Shown here one piece after another: positions 34,447 to 43,534 of a stretch of 64,000 nucleotides of DNA. The number at the start of each line of letters is the position of its first letter. Position 1 is the stretch's first letter. A model generated the notes under the pieces. It was not told the DNA's origin, did not search any database, and worked only from the letters and a program-made list of their open reading frames with translations. This DNA is from a virus. The stretch lies in IMG/VR virus record IMGVR_UViG_3300010371_000028, positions 68,778 through 132,777 of that record. One strand, 5' to 3'. The position numbers were made by a program, and so were the translations under genes.

Positions 34447-34650
34447 ATGGAGATCACCACCGCCTGGCGCAAGTCCAGCTACAGCGGCGCGAACGGCAAC
34501 TGCCTGGAGATCGCGGCCACGGTCGACGGCCTCGTCGCGATCCGCAACTCGAACCGACCCAACGACGGCGCGATCCTCTACACCAAGGACGAACTGCGCG
34601 CGTTCCTCGCCGGCGCCCGGGACGGCGAGTTCGACGACCTCGCCGCCTGA
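34447..34650 (+). CDS. DUF397 domain protein
   Basis: WRKSSYSGANGNCLEIA...VAIRNS...ELRAFLAGARDGEFD. Confidence 0.92.
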   Translation: MEITTAWRKSSYSGANGNCLEIAATVDGLVAIRNSNRPNDGAILYTKDELRAFLAGARDGEFDDLAA

Positions 34651-34717
34651 CCGAGGCACAGCAACGGCCGCCGCCTCAGCGCACCCCTACTGCGCTGGGA
34701 CGGCGGCCGGCCGCGTC

Positions 34718-35182
34718 CTAACCCCGCCGCCGCGCCGGCTCCCACGGAAGCCCGAACCGGATCGCGTTCGCCTCGTGCGCGAGCCGCTGCGTACCCGGCT
34801 CCATCCCCTCGAACAGATCCGACAGGCAAATCACGAAGCCACGGTCGCCCAGGCACCGCGCGTACACGAACAGGGCGAACGCCGTCTTCCCGACCTCGAA
34901 CGGGATCGCGTTGTGCAACGACGCCCAGTCCAGCACCCTCGCCACCGGGTACGGGTGCGGCTCCGGGTCCGTCGGATCGGTGTACAGCTGGATCGAGAGG
35001 TAGTGCCCGAACTGCCGCCAGGACTTGGCCAGGCCCGAGGCGGTCAACAGGTGTACGACGGCGCGCACGGTCCGTCCGCCGTCCGCCCGGGCCCACGCGT
35101 CGATCGCGTCGGCGAGTTCGTCGGGGGCGAGGTCCGGGCCGGCGACCAGAGTCTCGAATTCGTGTCGGTTTCGATCGCCCAC
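34718..35182 (-). CDS. Hypothetical protein
   Basis: GGAGG RBS, GTG start. Confidence 0.55.
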   Translation of the reverse strand: MGDRNRHEFETLVAGPDLAPDELADAIDAWARADGGRTVRAVVHLLTASGLAKSWRQFGHYLSIQLYTDPTDPEPHPYPVARVLDWASLHNAIPFEVGKTAFALFVYARCLGDRGFVICLSDLFEGMEPGTQRLAHEANAIRFGLPWEPARRRG

Positions 35183-35321
35183 GGTGGTCCTCCGGTTGGT
35201 GGTAGTCGCGCACAGGTTAGCGCCGGGCTGACGGCGTGTCAGTCCCCGAGGCGGGTGAGCCGTGCGAATCTTGTCGGAGGTCGGCGGCAGACTGGATGCA
35301 CCCACCCTCGAGGAGACCCGC

Positions 35322-35693
35322 ATGCCCACCGCCACGATCACGCCGCCCGCCGACCTCGTCGAACTCAAGGCCGACTGGTTCGCCGCCGAGGCCCTCAGCG
35401 CCCGGATCGCGGCCGAGGAGAACGCCGGCGAGAAGGTGTACCTCAACCTCGTGCAGAAGCCGCATCAGGTGCACGAGGCGAGCGCCGCGGAGAACTGGCT
35501 GAAGCTGCAGTCCGAGGACCAGCGGGCCCGGCGCGCCGCGGCCCAGGACGAACTGATGCGGCTCACGCTGGCAATTGCCGACCACGAGTGGTGGCCCACG
35601 CTCCCGTTCGGCACCCGCCTCGACGCCGAGATCGCTGTGCGCCGGGCCGCGCAGGCACTGCACGACGCCGACCGTGCAGTCGCAGCCGGATAG
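35322..35693 (+). CDS. Hypothetical protein
   Basis: GAGGAG RBS. Confidence 0.6.
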   Translation: MPTATITPPADLVELKADWFAAEALSARIAAEENAGEKVYLNLVQKPHQVHEASAAENWLKLQSEDQRARRAAAQDELMRLTLAIADHEWWPTLPFGTRLDAEIAVRRAAQALHDADRAVAAG

Positions 35694-35696
35694 CGC

Positions 35697-36164
35697 CTAC
35701 TCGGCCGTCGGCCCCTGCTCCGGGTCCGGCGCGGGCTTTAGTGCGACGGCCTGCATATACCCAGGCAGCGTTCCCGCGGCCTCGCGCATCGCGACGTTGA
35801 TTTCCGAGTCCTCGTGCCAGCCGTTCCAGAGCGCGCCCTCGTAGAGCACCTGCGGCGGCGTACGCGGCTTGACCCGTGTCGGATCGAGCACGTACCAGCC
35901 GAAGCGCGCTCGCTCGCTCTGATGCGGACCTTTCTCGCTCATCCAATGCCCGGCCCACGCGAGGAGCACGGCCCAGCGTCCGTCGGGCATGCGGGCCCAC
36001 GCCACGATTACGGCCTCGCGTCCGCCGTCGGGTTTCTTCCCACCCGGCTCGCCGTACACGCGGACCAGCTTGGCGCCATAGATGACGATGCGGTCCAGCG
36101 GGGGAGCGGGGACGGCGTCGGGCAGGAGCGGGGGCTCAGTCCACTTCCCTTGATCGCCGCCCAT
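35697..36164 (-). CDS. Hypothetical protein
   Basis: ORF track; Trp-rich globular sequence. Confidence 0.5.
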   Translation of the reverse strand: MGGDQGKWTEPPLLPDAVPAPPLDRIVIYGAKLVRVYGEPGGKKPDGGREAVIVAWARMPDGRWAVLLAWAGHWMSEKGPHQSERARFGWYVLDPTRVKPRTPPQVLYEGALWNGWHEDSEINVAMREAAGTLPGYMQAVALKPAPDPEQGPTAE

Positions 36165-36224
36165 GGGGCGAGCCTACCCGCCGCACATCTGACACCAGCT
36201 CGCGCAAGGTGACAAAATCAGTTT

Positions 36225-36734
36225 GTGACCTCATCCACTGACCACCATGCAGCCGCAGCCGACCTGCTCCACGCTGCCGCCGCGAAGCTCCGCGGCAACG
36301 CCGACGGCGCAACCCCCGGGCAGCGCGACATCGAGATCCGCGGCATCGCCGTCCACGTCGCCACATTCGACGGCCGGGATACCGCATACACCGGCACGAC
36401 GGACGAGACCCCCGCCGTCCCCAACGCCGCGCACTACGCGTCGTGGCCGCCGGAAGCCGCGGTCGCGCTCGCCGACTGGATCGACGCCGCGGCGGAACGC
36501 GGAAACCCGGAGGAGACCGCGAGCGCCGTCGCGCTCGCCCGGATCCTGCTCGACGGCACGCCCATGCTCGACGACTACGACGCCGCCTGCCTCCGCTTGG
36601 AGCGTGAGCAGATCGTTCACGACGACCCGGCGCTGGCCGCGCAGATCCGCAAGGGCATCGCCGAGGCCGAACGCGGCGAGACCGTGCATCTCGGGTCGTT
36701 CGCGCAGTACGCCGAGGACGGCGACGATGGCTGA
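36225..36734 (+). CDS. Hypothetical protein
   Basis: GC3-rich; C-terminus LAAQIRKGIAEAERGE. Confidence 0.55.
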   Translation: MTSSTDHHAAAADLLHAAAAKLRGNADGATPGQRDIEIRGIAVHVATFDGRDTAYTGTTDETPAVPNAAHYASWPPEAAVALADWIDAAAERGNPEETASAVALARILLDGTPMLDDYDAACLRLEREQIVHDDPALAAQIRKGIAEAERGETVHLGSFAQYAEDGDDG

Positions 36735-36969
36735 CGACGACCACGAGGACCTCGATGTCCGCACCCGCGCCGACCTTGCCGAACTCGACGGACCCGCGTA
36801 CACGGTCGCGTGCGTCCTCGACGACTGGAACCGGCGGCTGCACGGCATCACGTCGAGCCACCACGGCGCCGGCCTGTTCCTGGATCTCCTCGCGGCCGAG
36901 GGGTGGCGGGTCGAGCCGATCGGACCGCTGCCGCCTCTTAGCCAACTGCTACCGCCGCCATCGGAGTGA
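36727..36969 (+). CDS. Hypothetical protein
   Basis: Overlap-coupled. Confidence 0.55.
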   Translation: MADDDHEDLDVRTRADLAELDGPAYTVACVLDDWNRRLHGITSSHHGAGLFLDLLAAEGWRVEPIGPLPPLSQLLPPPSE

Positions 36970-37680
36970 CGATGCCTGAGCGCGGACTGGTGCCCGCAGT
37001 CCTGATCGACGGGCCGTCGGTCGGTCAGGTCATCCATACGGCCCCCGAAGTGACGGCCTGGTACGTGAGGAAACCGCCGGAACCGCTCGAACTCTCGCCG
37101 ACGCTGAACCTCTCACACTGGGTGCTGCCCGAGCCCACCGTGTACCGGTTCGAGTGGCGTACCGCCTGCCTCGAGGTCCCCGGCTCGCCGCACCCGGCGT
37201 TGCTCCGGCTGCGGTTCGGATGGTCCGAGCCCGGCGAAGCCAACGATGACGCGATCCGCCGGTACGGCCGCGCCGCGCTGCTCGAGCATCCCGAACTGAT
37301 ACCCGCGGGCGCGGTCCTGTGGCCCGCCGACCCCGCCGACGACGAACCGATCCGGGTCCTCGACCACGGACACGGGCCGTTCCCCGGCTGCCGGGACATC
37401 TTCGAGATGCACCCGCGTACCCGGCTGATACGCGGCACGTGCCCGTGCGGGTGGCGCACTGAAGACGTCGAATCGCGCCGGTTCGAGGAACTGGGGGCAC
37501 TCACCGCCGAGCACGGGCGCGCCGGAGCGGAGGCGTTGGAGGCACTCGCCCGACGAGGGCCGACTGTTCGACGCCATGAATGCGGGCGCGCTCGCCGTCA
37601 ACGACGTGCGGTGGGTGCAGCTCGCCAGCGAAGCGATCAAGGCGCTCACGGCGGCGATGGAGGTGGTGGAGCATGCCTGA
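36966..37680 (+). CDS. Hypothetical protein, possibly frameshifted near 37545
   Basis: Coding-like frame to about 37545; a +1 frame then ends at 37680 overlapping the next ATG. Confidence 0.4.
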
Positions 37681-38179
37681 CACACCGACGGTCGAGGAAC
37701 GCGGCCCGTTCCGGATCCTGCACCACGGCGGCAGCCGCTGGCTCGTCTGTGCCCGCTGCGTTCCTGACGGGCTCACCGCCCTGCTCGACATCCGCGTCGA
37801 GAACGAGAACGAGGACGAGGACGAGGAGGCTGAGCGATACCTGGCCGAGGCGATGGCCAGCCACCTCGCCGAGGCGCACCCGCCGACGATCCTCGGTCAC
37901 CTCGCGGACGTGCGTCCCGGCTGGCGCGACCTACTCTTGGACCTGCACGGCCGCCTGGTCGAAGTCGATCCGGATTACCGGATTAGCGGGCTGGAGGAGA
38001 AGCTCGGGGAACTGCGCGTCACCATGAGCAGCAACGAGTCCCGCGAGGTCGAGGCGCTGCTCGACGCATCCAAGGCTGAGTCCAGGAAGATCTGCGTGTT
38101 CTGCGGCGCGAAGCCGGCGCGGCCAACGCCCGGGTTCGTCAGTGGCGTCCTCGCCTGCTGCAAGGCGCACGGTGCCTGA
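37673..38179 (+). CDS. Phage hypothetical protein with Zn ribbon
   Basis: PGWRDLLLDL...EEKLGELR...SRKICVFCG. Confidence 0.65.
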   Translation: MPDTPTVEERGPFRILHHGGSRWLVCARCVPDGLTALLDIRVENENEDEDEEAERYLAEAMASHLAEAHPPTILGHLADVRPGWRDLLLDLHGRLVEVDPDYRISGLEEKLGELRVTMSSNESREVEALLDASKAESRKICVFCGAKPARPTPGFVSGVLACCKAHGA

Positions 38180-38390
38180 CGAGGAGTCCCCGTTCCGCCC
38201 GTTCGCGTTCGGCCCGATCCCCGCTGACCATCCGATACTGGACGCGGGCGGGTTCGTCGACCTCGTCGCGGCGTACGGACCTGATGCCGGGCGGCCTGTG
38301 GCCGAAGCCGGGCTGTACGCGGGGCTCATGTCCGACGACTGGCTGCTGCGGCTCGCATACCCCAACCGATCAGGAGAAGACGATGGCTGA
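38172..38390 (+). CDS. Hypothetical protein
   Basis: Overlap-coupled. Confidence 0.5.
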   Translation: MPDEESPFRPFAFGPIPADHPILDAGGFVDLVAAYGPDAGRPVAEAGLYAGLMSDDWLLRLAYPNRSGEDDG

Positions 38391-38802
38391 GCACAAGACA
38401 AAGGGCGGACACCCGTCCGGCGACACGCCCGTGAGCGCGATGTCGTTCCCGGAAGCGTTCACGCGCCCCGCGATGCGGTCGAGTTCGGTCGACCTGCTCG
38501 ACGCCGCAACAAGGTTCAGCTTCGGAGCGGTCGGATCCCAGAACCCGCATGCGCAGATCGATGTCGAGGTCCGCCGCAACGCGTTCGAACCCGGCAGCGT
38601 CCGCTGGATCATCACATGCGCGGGCTGGACCTACACGCACGACGGCCGTTGGCTGTACGAGAACATCCCGGGCGAGCGCACCGAAGAGTACATCGAGGCG
38701 ACACGATGGCGGAGCCGCGACGAGGCGATCAGCGTCGCCCGCGGGCTCCTCGTGGACGGACACCCGAACAACGACGCGTGGACGAGAGGGCGGCGGTTGT
38801 AG
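38383..38802 (+). CDS. Hypothetical protein
   Basis: AGGAGA RBS. Confidence 0.6.
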   Translation: MAEHKTKGGHPSGDTPVSAMSFPEAFTRPAMRSSSVDLLDAATRFSFGAVGSQNPHAQIDVEVRRNAFEPGSVRWIITCAGWTYTHDGRWLYENIPGERTEEYIEATRWRSRDEAISVARGLLVDGHPNNDAWTRGRRL

Positions 38803-38835
38803 CCGGCGGCCCGTACGCTGATCCCAGCCGACCGA

Positions 38836-38997
38836 ATGGAGCCCGCCGTGGACACCGCCCCCGCCGAGACCGTCGCCGCCATCGATGACACCCGTGAGGC
38901 GCCCCTCGGTACGCTGTCGGCCGCTCCGGTCCTGCGCCGGCTCAAGCCCGCCGACACCAAGCGCGTCCCGGTCGCCGCGTTCAACGCATCGCTCTGA
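38836..38997 (+). CDS. FxSxx-COOH-like precursor peptide (53 aa, ends VAAFNASL; not in ORF track)
   Basis: MEPAVDTAPAETVAAIDDTREAPLGTLSAAPVLRRLKPADTKRVPVAAFNASL*. Confidence 0.65.
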   Translation: MEPAVDTAPAETVAAIDDTREAPLGTLSAAPVLRRLKPADTKRVPVAAFNASL

Positions 38998-39015
38998 CGT
39001 CCCCACGCACGAAAC

Positions 39016-39046
39016 CGCCCCGCTCACCTGGATGGTGGGCGGGGCG
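39016..39046 (+). terminator. Hairpin after peptide gene
   Basis: CGCCCCGCTCACC-TGGAT-GGTGGGCGGGGCG. Confidence 0.55.
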
Positions 39047-39183
39047 AAACGTTCCCAGGACCAGTGCGACGGACGTACCCTGGGCGGTGAGACAGCCAAC
39101 AGCAGTCTAGGCGCCCCAACCGACACGCGGCAGCCAGTCGCGCGGCGCACGGGCACAGACCGCACGCCCAAAGGACGGCACGC

Positions 39184-40410
39184 ATGGAGCAGCCGCACGC
39201 CGACATGCCCATCGGCGAACGCATCGCGCACTACCGGGCCCGCAAAGGCCTGACGCAACTCGGTCTCGGCGGGATGGTGAACCGCAGCGAGGACTGGGTC
39301 TCCAAGGTCGAACGCGGGGTGATCCCCGTATCCTCGTTCTCGATGCTCGTCGACCTCGCCCACGCCCTCGGAGTCAAAGACCTCGTGAAGTTGACCGGGC
39401 ACCCCCTCGCCCTCGCGCCGAACGGCTCAGCGGAACACCAGTCGGTCGCGGGCATCCGCGCGGCGATGTCCGGGCTCCCCGCGACCCGCGGCGACGAGGT
39501 CCAGGCTCTCGCCGTGGGTGATCTCGCCCGCCAGGTGGCGGACGCCTGGAAGATCTACGACACCGACAAAGCGCGCTATTCTCGCCTCGGCCCGGTGCTG
39601 CCCGGCCTACTCGGGCAGGCGCACCGCGCCGTGCGCGACGCGAGCGCCGAGGACGCCCCGCTTGCCACCCGGGGCTTGGTCGAGACATACCACCTGCTAC
39701 AGGTGTTCTTGAAGCGTCTGGGCGAGCCTGAACTCGCGCGCCTAGCTGCGGACCGAGCACTAACGTTGGCGTCCGATTCCGGCGACCTGGTGCTGATGGG
39801 TGCGAGCGCCTGGAATCTCGGCGCCATCATGTTGAACCGGGGCGAAGGCGACCTCGCGCTCGACCTGGCACGGCAGATGATCGGGCTGATGAACCCGATC
39901 CCGGACGACGCGCCGGCCGAATACGTGTCCGTGTACGGCGCGCTGCATCTGGTCGCCACGATCGCCTGTGCCCGCTCGGGCCAGTCGCCGCGCGGATGGG
40001 ACTTCCTGGAGCAGGCTCGGCAGATCGGCGCCCGACTCGGGCAGGACCGCAACGACTGGCGCACCTCCTTCGGCCCGACGAACGTGGCGATGCACGGCGT
40101 CCACCTGGCCGGCGAAGAGGGCGACCCGACCGAGGCGCTGCGCCTGGCCGACGACGTCGAGGTCATCGACGGGGTCCTGCCGCTGGAGCGCACGACCCGG
40201 TACTTCGTCGAGGTGATGCAGGCGAACCGGCTAAGGAAGGACGATGTCGGGACGTTGTACATGCTGCAGAAGATCGAGCGCCAGTCCCCGGACGAGATCA
40301 GGTACTTTCCGGTGGCGCGGGAGGCGATCAGGGATCTGCTGAAGCGGGAGCGGTCGTTCTACCGGCAGGACCTGCGAGCGCTGGCGACCCGCGTGGGCGT
40401 GATCGGGTAG
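39184..40410 (+). CDS. XRE-HTH regulator with long all-helical (TPR-like) C-domain
   Basis: IGERIAHYRARKGLTQLGLGGMVNRSEDWVSKVERG; about 330 aa Ala/Leu helical repeats. Confidence 0.85.
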   Translation: MEQPHADMPIGERIAHYRARKGLTQLGLGGMVNRSEDWVSKVERGVIPVSSFSMLVDLAHALGVKDLVKLTGHPLALAPNGSAEHQSVAGIRAAMSGLPATRGDEVQALAVGDLARQVADAWKIYDTDKARYSRLGPVLPGLLGQAHRAVRDASAEDAPLATRGLVETYHLLQVFLKRLGEPELARLAADRALTLASDSGDLVLMGASAWNLGAIMLNRGEGDLALDLARQMIGLMNPIPDDAPAEYVSVYGALHLVATIACARSGQSPRGWDFLEQARQIGARLGQDRNDWRTSFGPTNVAMHGVHLAGEEGDPTEALRLADDVEVIDGVLPLERTTRYFVEVMQANRLRKDDVGTLYMLQKIERQSPDEIRYFPVAREAIRDLLKRERSFYRQDLRALATRVGVIG

Positions 40411-40458
40411 CCCGGAAGGGCGAAGACCCGGAACCGGGTTCCGGGTCAGTGGCCTGAC

Positions 40459-40779
40459 GTGCCGTTACTTTCACGGAGAGTGGAGACGGCGATACGTCAG
40501 GAGACCGCGGTGATCACCAGACCTGATCCGGAGTGGCAGCTGCAGTTGGAGCGCGAGCCCCGCACCACCCATGCTGGGCGCATCGCGCTGCCGATAACGC
40601 TCCGGGCGCACGGCGAGATGCTCGCGGTCGTCGATCTCGTACTCGATGGCGCCACGGCGACCCGGCTGCACGCGGCGCTTACCGCGCACCTGAGCGGCCA
40701 TGGCGCCGGTCCGAGCGCGTCGGTGCGGAGCAGGGCGGATCTGCTCGAAGCGTGCACGGCGATCGGCGCGGCCCGGTGA
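40459..40779 (+). CDS. Hypothetical protein
   Basis: ORF track, coupled to next gene. Confidence 0.5.
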   Translation: MPLLSRRVETAIRQETAVITRPDPEWQLQLEREPRTTHAGRIALPITLRAHGEMLAVVDLVLDGATATRLHAALTAHLSGHGAGPSASVRSRADLLEACTAIGAAR

Positions 40780-41249
40780 GCCTCGCGGAGGCGGTGCGCG
40801 CGGATCTCCCGGCAACCACCGAGGCGCCCGGGCTGGCCCGCGGCGAGGTCCGCGGCGCACTGTCCAAACTGGGTCTCGACCATCTCACGGACGAGGCGGA
40901 ACTGATCGCCTCGGAGATCACGACGAACGCGGTCATTCACGGCCGCGGCCCGATCCGGCTGTGCGTGTACGAAGACGCCGGCCTCCTGTTCGTCGAGGTC
41001 GAAGACGGCGGCGGAGAGCAGGAACCGGCCCTGCGTGAGCCGGACGCTGGCGCGGAGTCGGGCCGCGGCCTGGAGATCGTGGAGGCGCTCGCCGCGGACT
41101 GGGGTGTCGAGGCGCTCCCGGGCGGCGTGCGCGTGTGGGCGTCGCTCGAGACCGCGCTGCGGCTGAACGACGAGCCTGCCGACCCGGGGCCCTCGCGTGC
41201 GCATACGGAGGAGCTCGTGGCCGCTGTGACGGCAGGGGCGGTGCGGTGA
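40776..41249 (+). CDS. ATP-binding protein (HATPase_c, RsbW-like)
   Basis: SEITTNAVIHG, VED, ESGRGL. Confidence 0.85.
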   Translation: MSLAEAVRADLPATTEAPGLARGEVRGALSKLGLDHLTDEAELIASEITTNAVIHGRGPIRLCVYEDAGLLFVEVEDGGGEQEPALREPDAGAESGRGLEIVEALAADWGVEALPGGVRVWASLETALRLNDEPADPGPSRAHTEELVAAVTAGAVR

Positions 41250-41467
41250 TGTTCCACGCCAGCAACGGGATCATCGCGGTGATTCTCACTGCCGACGAGG
41301 CACTCAAGATCTTCCACGCCCACGAGAAGTCCCGGGTCGGCAGCCCCACCCAGGGCTTTACCGTCTGGCCCGTCGGCGAGATGGGCCGCATCATCACGTG
41401 TGCCTGGACGCGCGTCGAACCGATCGAGGGTATCCCGGCGGAACTGCTCGAGCGGTTCGAGTTCTGA
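41249..41467 (+). CDS. Hypothetical protein
   Basis: TGATG coupling. Confidence 0.55.
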   Translation: MFHASNGIIAVILTADEALKIFHAHEKSRVGSPTQGFTVWPVGEMGRIITCAWTRVEPIEGIPAELLERFEF

Positions 41468-41490
41468 GCCCTGGCGGAACACCCGGAACT

Positions 41491-41518
41491 AGCGGCCCCC
41501 GGTAGGAGCGGGGGCCGC
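41491..41518 (+). terminator. Hairpin ending regulator operon
   Basis: GCGGCCCCC...GGGGGCCGC. Confidence 0.55.
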
Positions 41519-41818
41519 GTGCCGAAACCGTTGGCCGGCAGCCGCAATCCAACGGCCGTCAAAGGTCATACGTCCGACCGATCGAGGGCGCATACTGGTG
41601 CGGTGCCTGACACCACGCCCCCTCTGTGCATTCGCATCCTGAAGCGCCCGCGCCGCCTGTGCGCTGGCAGTCCGCCAGCCGCCGCTGGGCTCCCGCCGGT
41701 TCGCTCCTGTTCCTGGCGAAGGAGCTCGAGGAGGCCGAGGCCGAGTCCCCGGGCGAACTCCGTGCTGTTGCCAGGCGGGCCGCGTACGCGCTCCGGGCCC
41801 TCGCGGCAGGGGTCGACG

Positions 41819-42028
41819 ATGACTGAGCCGCTGTTTCCCGAGTCTGCCGCCGCGTTCCTGGGCGAGATCCTCGGCCGCCCGAAGCCGCCCGTCGAGCAGG
41901 ACGGTCCGCCGTGGGTCCACACGTTCACGCAGCCCGGGCCCGACGGGGCCGACGAGGACGGCCGGCCGTACTGGCTGCCGCCGAAAATGTTCACGATCGA
42001 GCCGATCGGAGGCCACGATGCCGCGTAA
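41819..42028 (+). CDS. Hypothetical protein
   Basis: Overlap-coupled. Confidence 0.45.
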   Translation: MTEPLFPESAAAFLGEILGRPKPPVEQDGPPWVHTFTQPGPDGADEDGRPYWLPPKMFTIEPIGGHDAA

Positions 42029-42209
42029 GCGTCCGGGCTCCTGGGCCCGGCACCGGCGCTCCTACGTGCTCGCGCCTTATCGGCGGGTCACCGACGTCCG
42101 TACCGGCGTGGCGTCGGCCGACCCGCAGGCCGTCCTTGACGGTCAGATAGACGAGTTCATCGACGCCGGAATCCGGCAGCGGGCAACGGAAAGACGGGAC
42201 TCGAAGTGA
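42018..42209 (+). CDS. Hypothetical protein
   Basis: GGAGG RBS. Confidence 0.5.
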   Translation: MPRKRPGSWARHRRSYVLAPYRRVTDVRTGVASADPQAVLDGQIDEFIDAGIRQRATERRDSK

Positions 42210-42733
42210 TCCACGTCCTGATCGCGTGCGCGAAGTCGACCGGCCGGACCGTCTCGGCGCCCGAGAGTGGCTGCCCCGAGTTCCAGGCGACGCTCGCACC
42301 CCACAACATCGAAGCCTGGGTCGAGAAGACGCTCGCGGAGAACGGCTGGTACACCCACCCCGACCGCGACGACTACTACTGCCCCGCGCACAATCCCACC
42401 GACCAGGGCGTCGTCATGCCGGTCGACCACGCCTACCGGCCTCTCGGCGACTCCGGGTGGGAAGCGCGCCTCCCGCAGGGTTTCCTCGCCGGCGTAGAAA
42501 TCGAGATCCGCCCGCGCCGCTGGCTGACCTCCGCCGACCCCGAGCCGGGCCGGGACGTCGTCGTCGAGGAGACGGACGGCACCCGCTGGCACCGCACCGA
42601 CGACGATGACCGCGACGGCTCAGCGAACTGGGAGAAGGTCGGCGTCGACTACTTCGAGCCCGAAACCTGGACGCACGTCGCCGGGAACTGCGGGCCCGTC
42701 AGGGTGGCGGGCGATGGGACGGACGAGTCATGA
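42206..42733 (+). CDS. Hypothetical protein
   Basis: GTGA coupling. Confidence 0.55.
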   Translation: MIHVLIACAKSTGRTVSAPESGCPEFQATLAPHNIEAWVEKTLAENGWYTHPDRDDYYCPAHNPTDQGVVMPVDHAYRPLGDSGWEARLPQGFLAGVEIEIRPRRWLTSADPEPGRDVVVEETDGTRWHRTDDDDRDGSANWEKVGVDYFEPETWTHVAGNCGPVRVAGDGTDES

Positions 42734-43311
42734 CACGCACCTTCTACGACTGCGAGTTCCTCGAGGACGGTTCCACCATCGACCTCATTTCCATCGGCAT
42801 CGTTACCGAGGACGGCCGGGAGTACTACGCCGTCAACGCAGACGCCGACTGGGACCGGATCCGCAAGAGCGACTGGCTCGTCCGCAACGTCGTGCCGACG
42901 CTCCCGGTCCTCAACCGGGCCGCGTTGGAGACGTACATCGCGCACTCTCCGAACAGCTACCCGAGACCCCCGATCGACCTGGTGGATGTCGACAAGCGAA
43001 GCACCTGCGTCAAGCCGCACTGGGTGATAGCGAACGAGGTCCGCGAGTTCATCACGGCAGACCCGGACCCGCAACTGTGGGCCTGGTACAGCGCCTACGA
43101 CCATGTGACCCTCGCGCAACTGTGGGGACGCATGATCGATCTCCCGGCCGGAATACCCATGTGGACGAACGACCTCAAGCAGGAGTGCGTGCGCCTTGGC
43201 AATCCCCGCGTACCCGAACAAGGAGAGGGCGAACACAACGCGCTCGCCGACGCCAGGCACAACCTGACGATTGCCCGGTTCCTCGATCAGATTGGACAAG
43301 ACGATGGCTAA
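42730..43311 (+). CDS. DEDDh 3'-5' exoribonuclease, Rv2179c/RNase AS-like
   Basis: FYDCEFLEDG.TIDLISIG, LWAWYSAYDHV, PMWTNDLKQ, HNALADARH. Confidence 0.88.
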   Translation: MTRTFYDCEFLEDGSTIDLISIGIVTEDGREYYAVNADADWDRIRKSDWLVRNVVPTLPVLNRAALETYIAHSPNSYPRPPIDLVDVDKRSTCVKPHWVIANEVREFITADPDPQLWAWYSAYDHVTLAQLWGRMIDLPAGIPMWTNDLKQECVRLGNPRVPEQGEGEHNALADARHNLTIARFLDQIGQDDG

Positions 43312-43534
43312 CCGCTGGCCCGGCCGTCCGATGCGCGAAACGGTCCGCACGGTCGCCGCGAAGTACGCGCCCCGCGACCGTATCCGGCTGCGCGACTGCC
43401 CCGACCCGGGCACGGTCGTCGAGGTGCGCTGCGAGGCCGGGCAGATCCAGTACCGGGCCGACTGGGACCGGACGCCGTCGGATGACCGCTGGTACGACGA
43501 GGTACGGCTGCTCGACGGAGGCGACGATGACTGA
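43304..43534 (+). CDS. Small SH3/KOW-like hypothetical protein
   Basis: DRIRL...GTVVEV...YRADWD. Confidence 0.5.
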   Translation: MANRWPGRPMRETVRTVAAKYAPRDRIRLRDCPDPGTVVEVRCEAGQIQYRADWDRTPSDDRWYDEVRLLDGGDDD

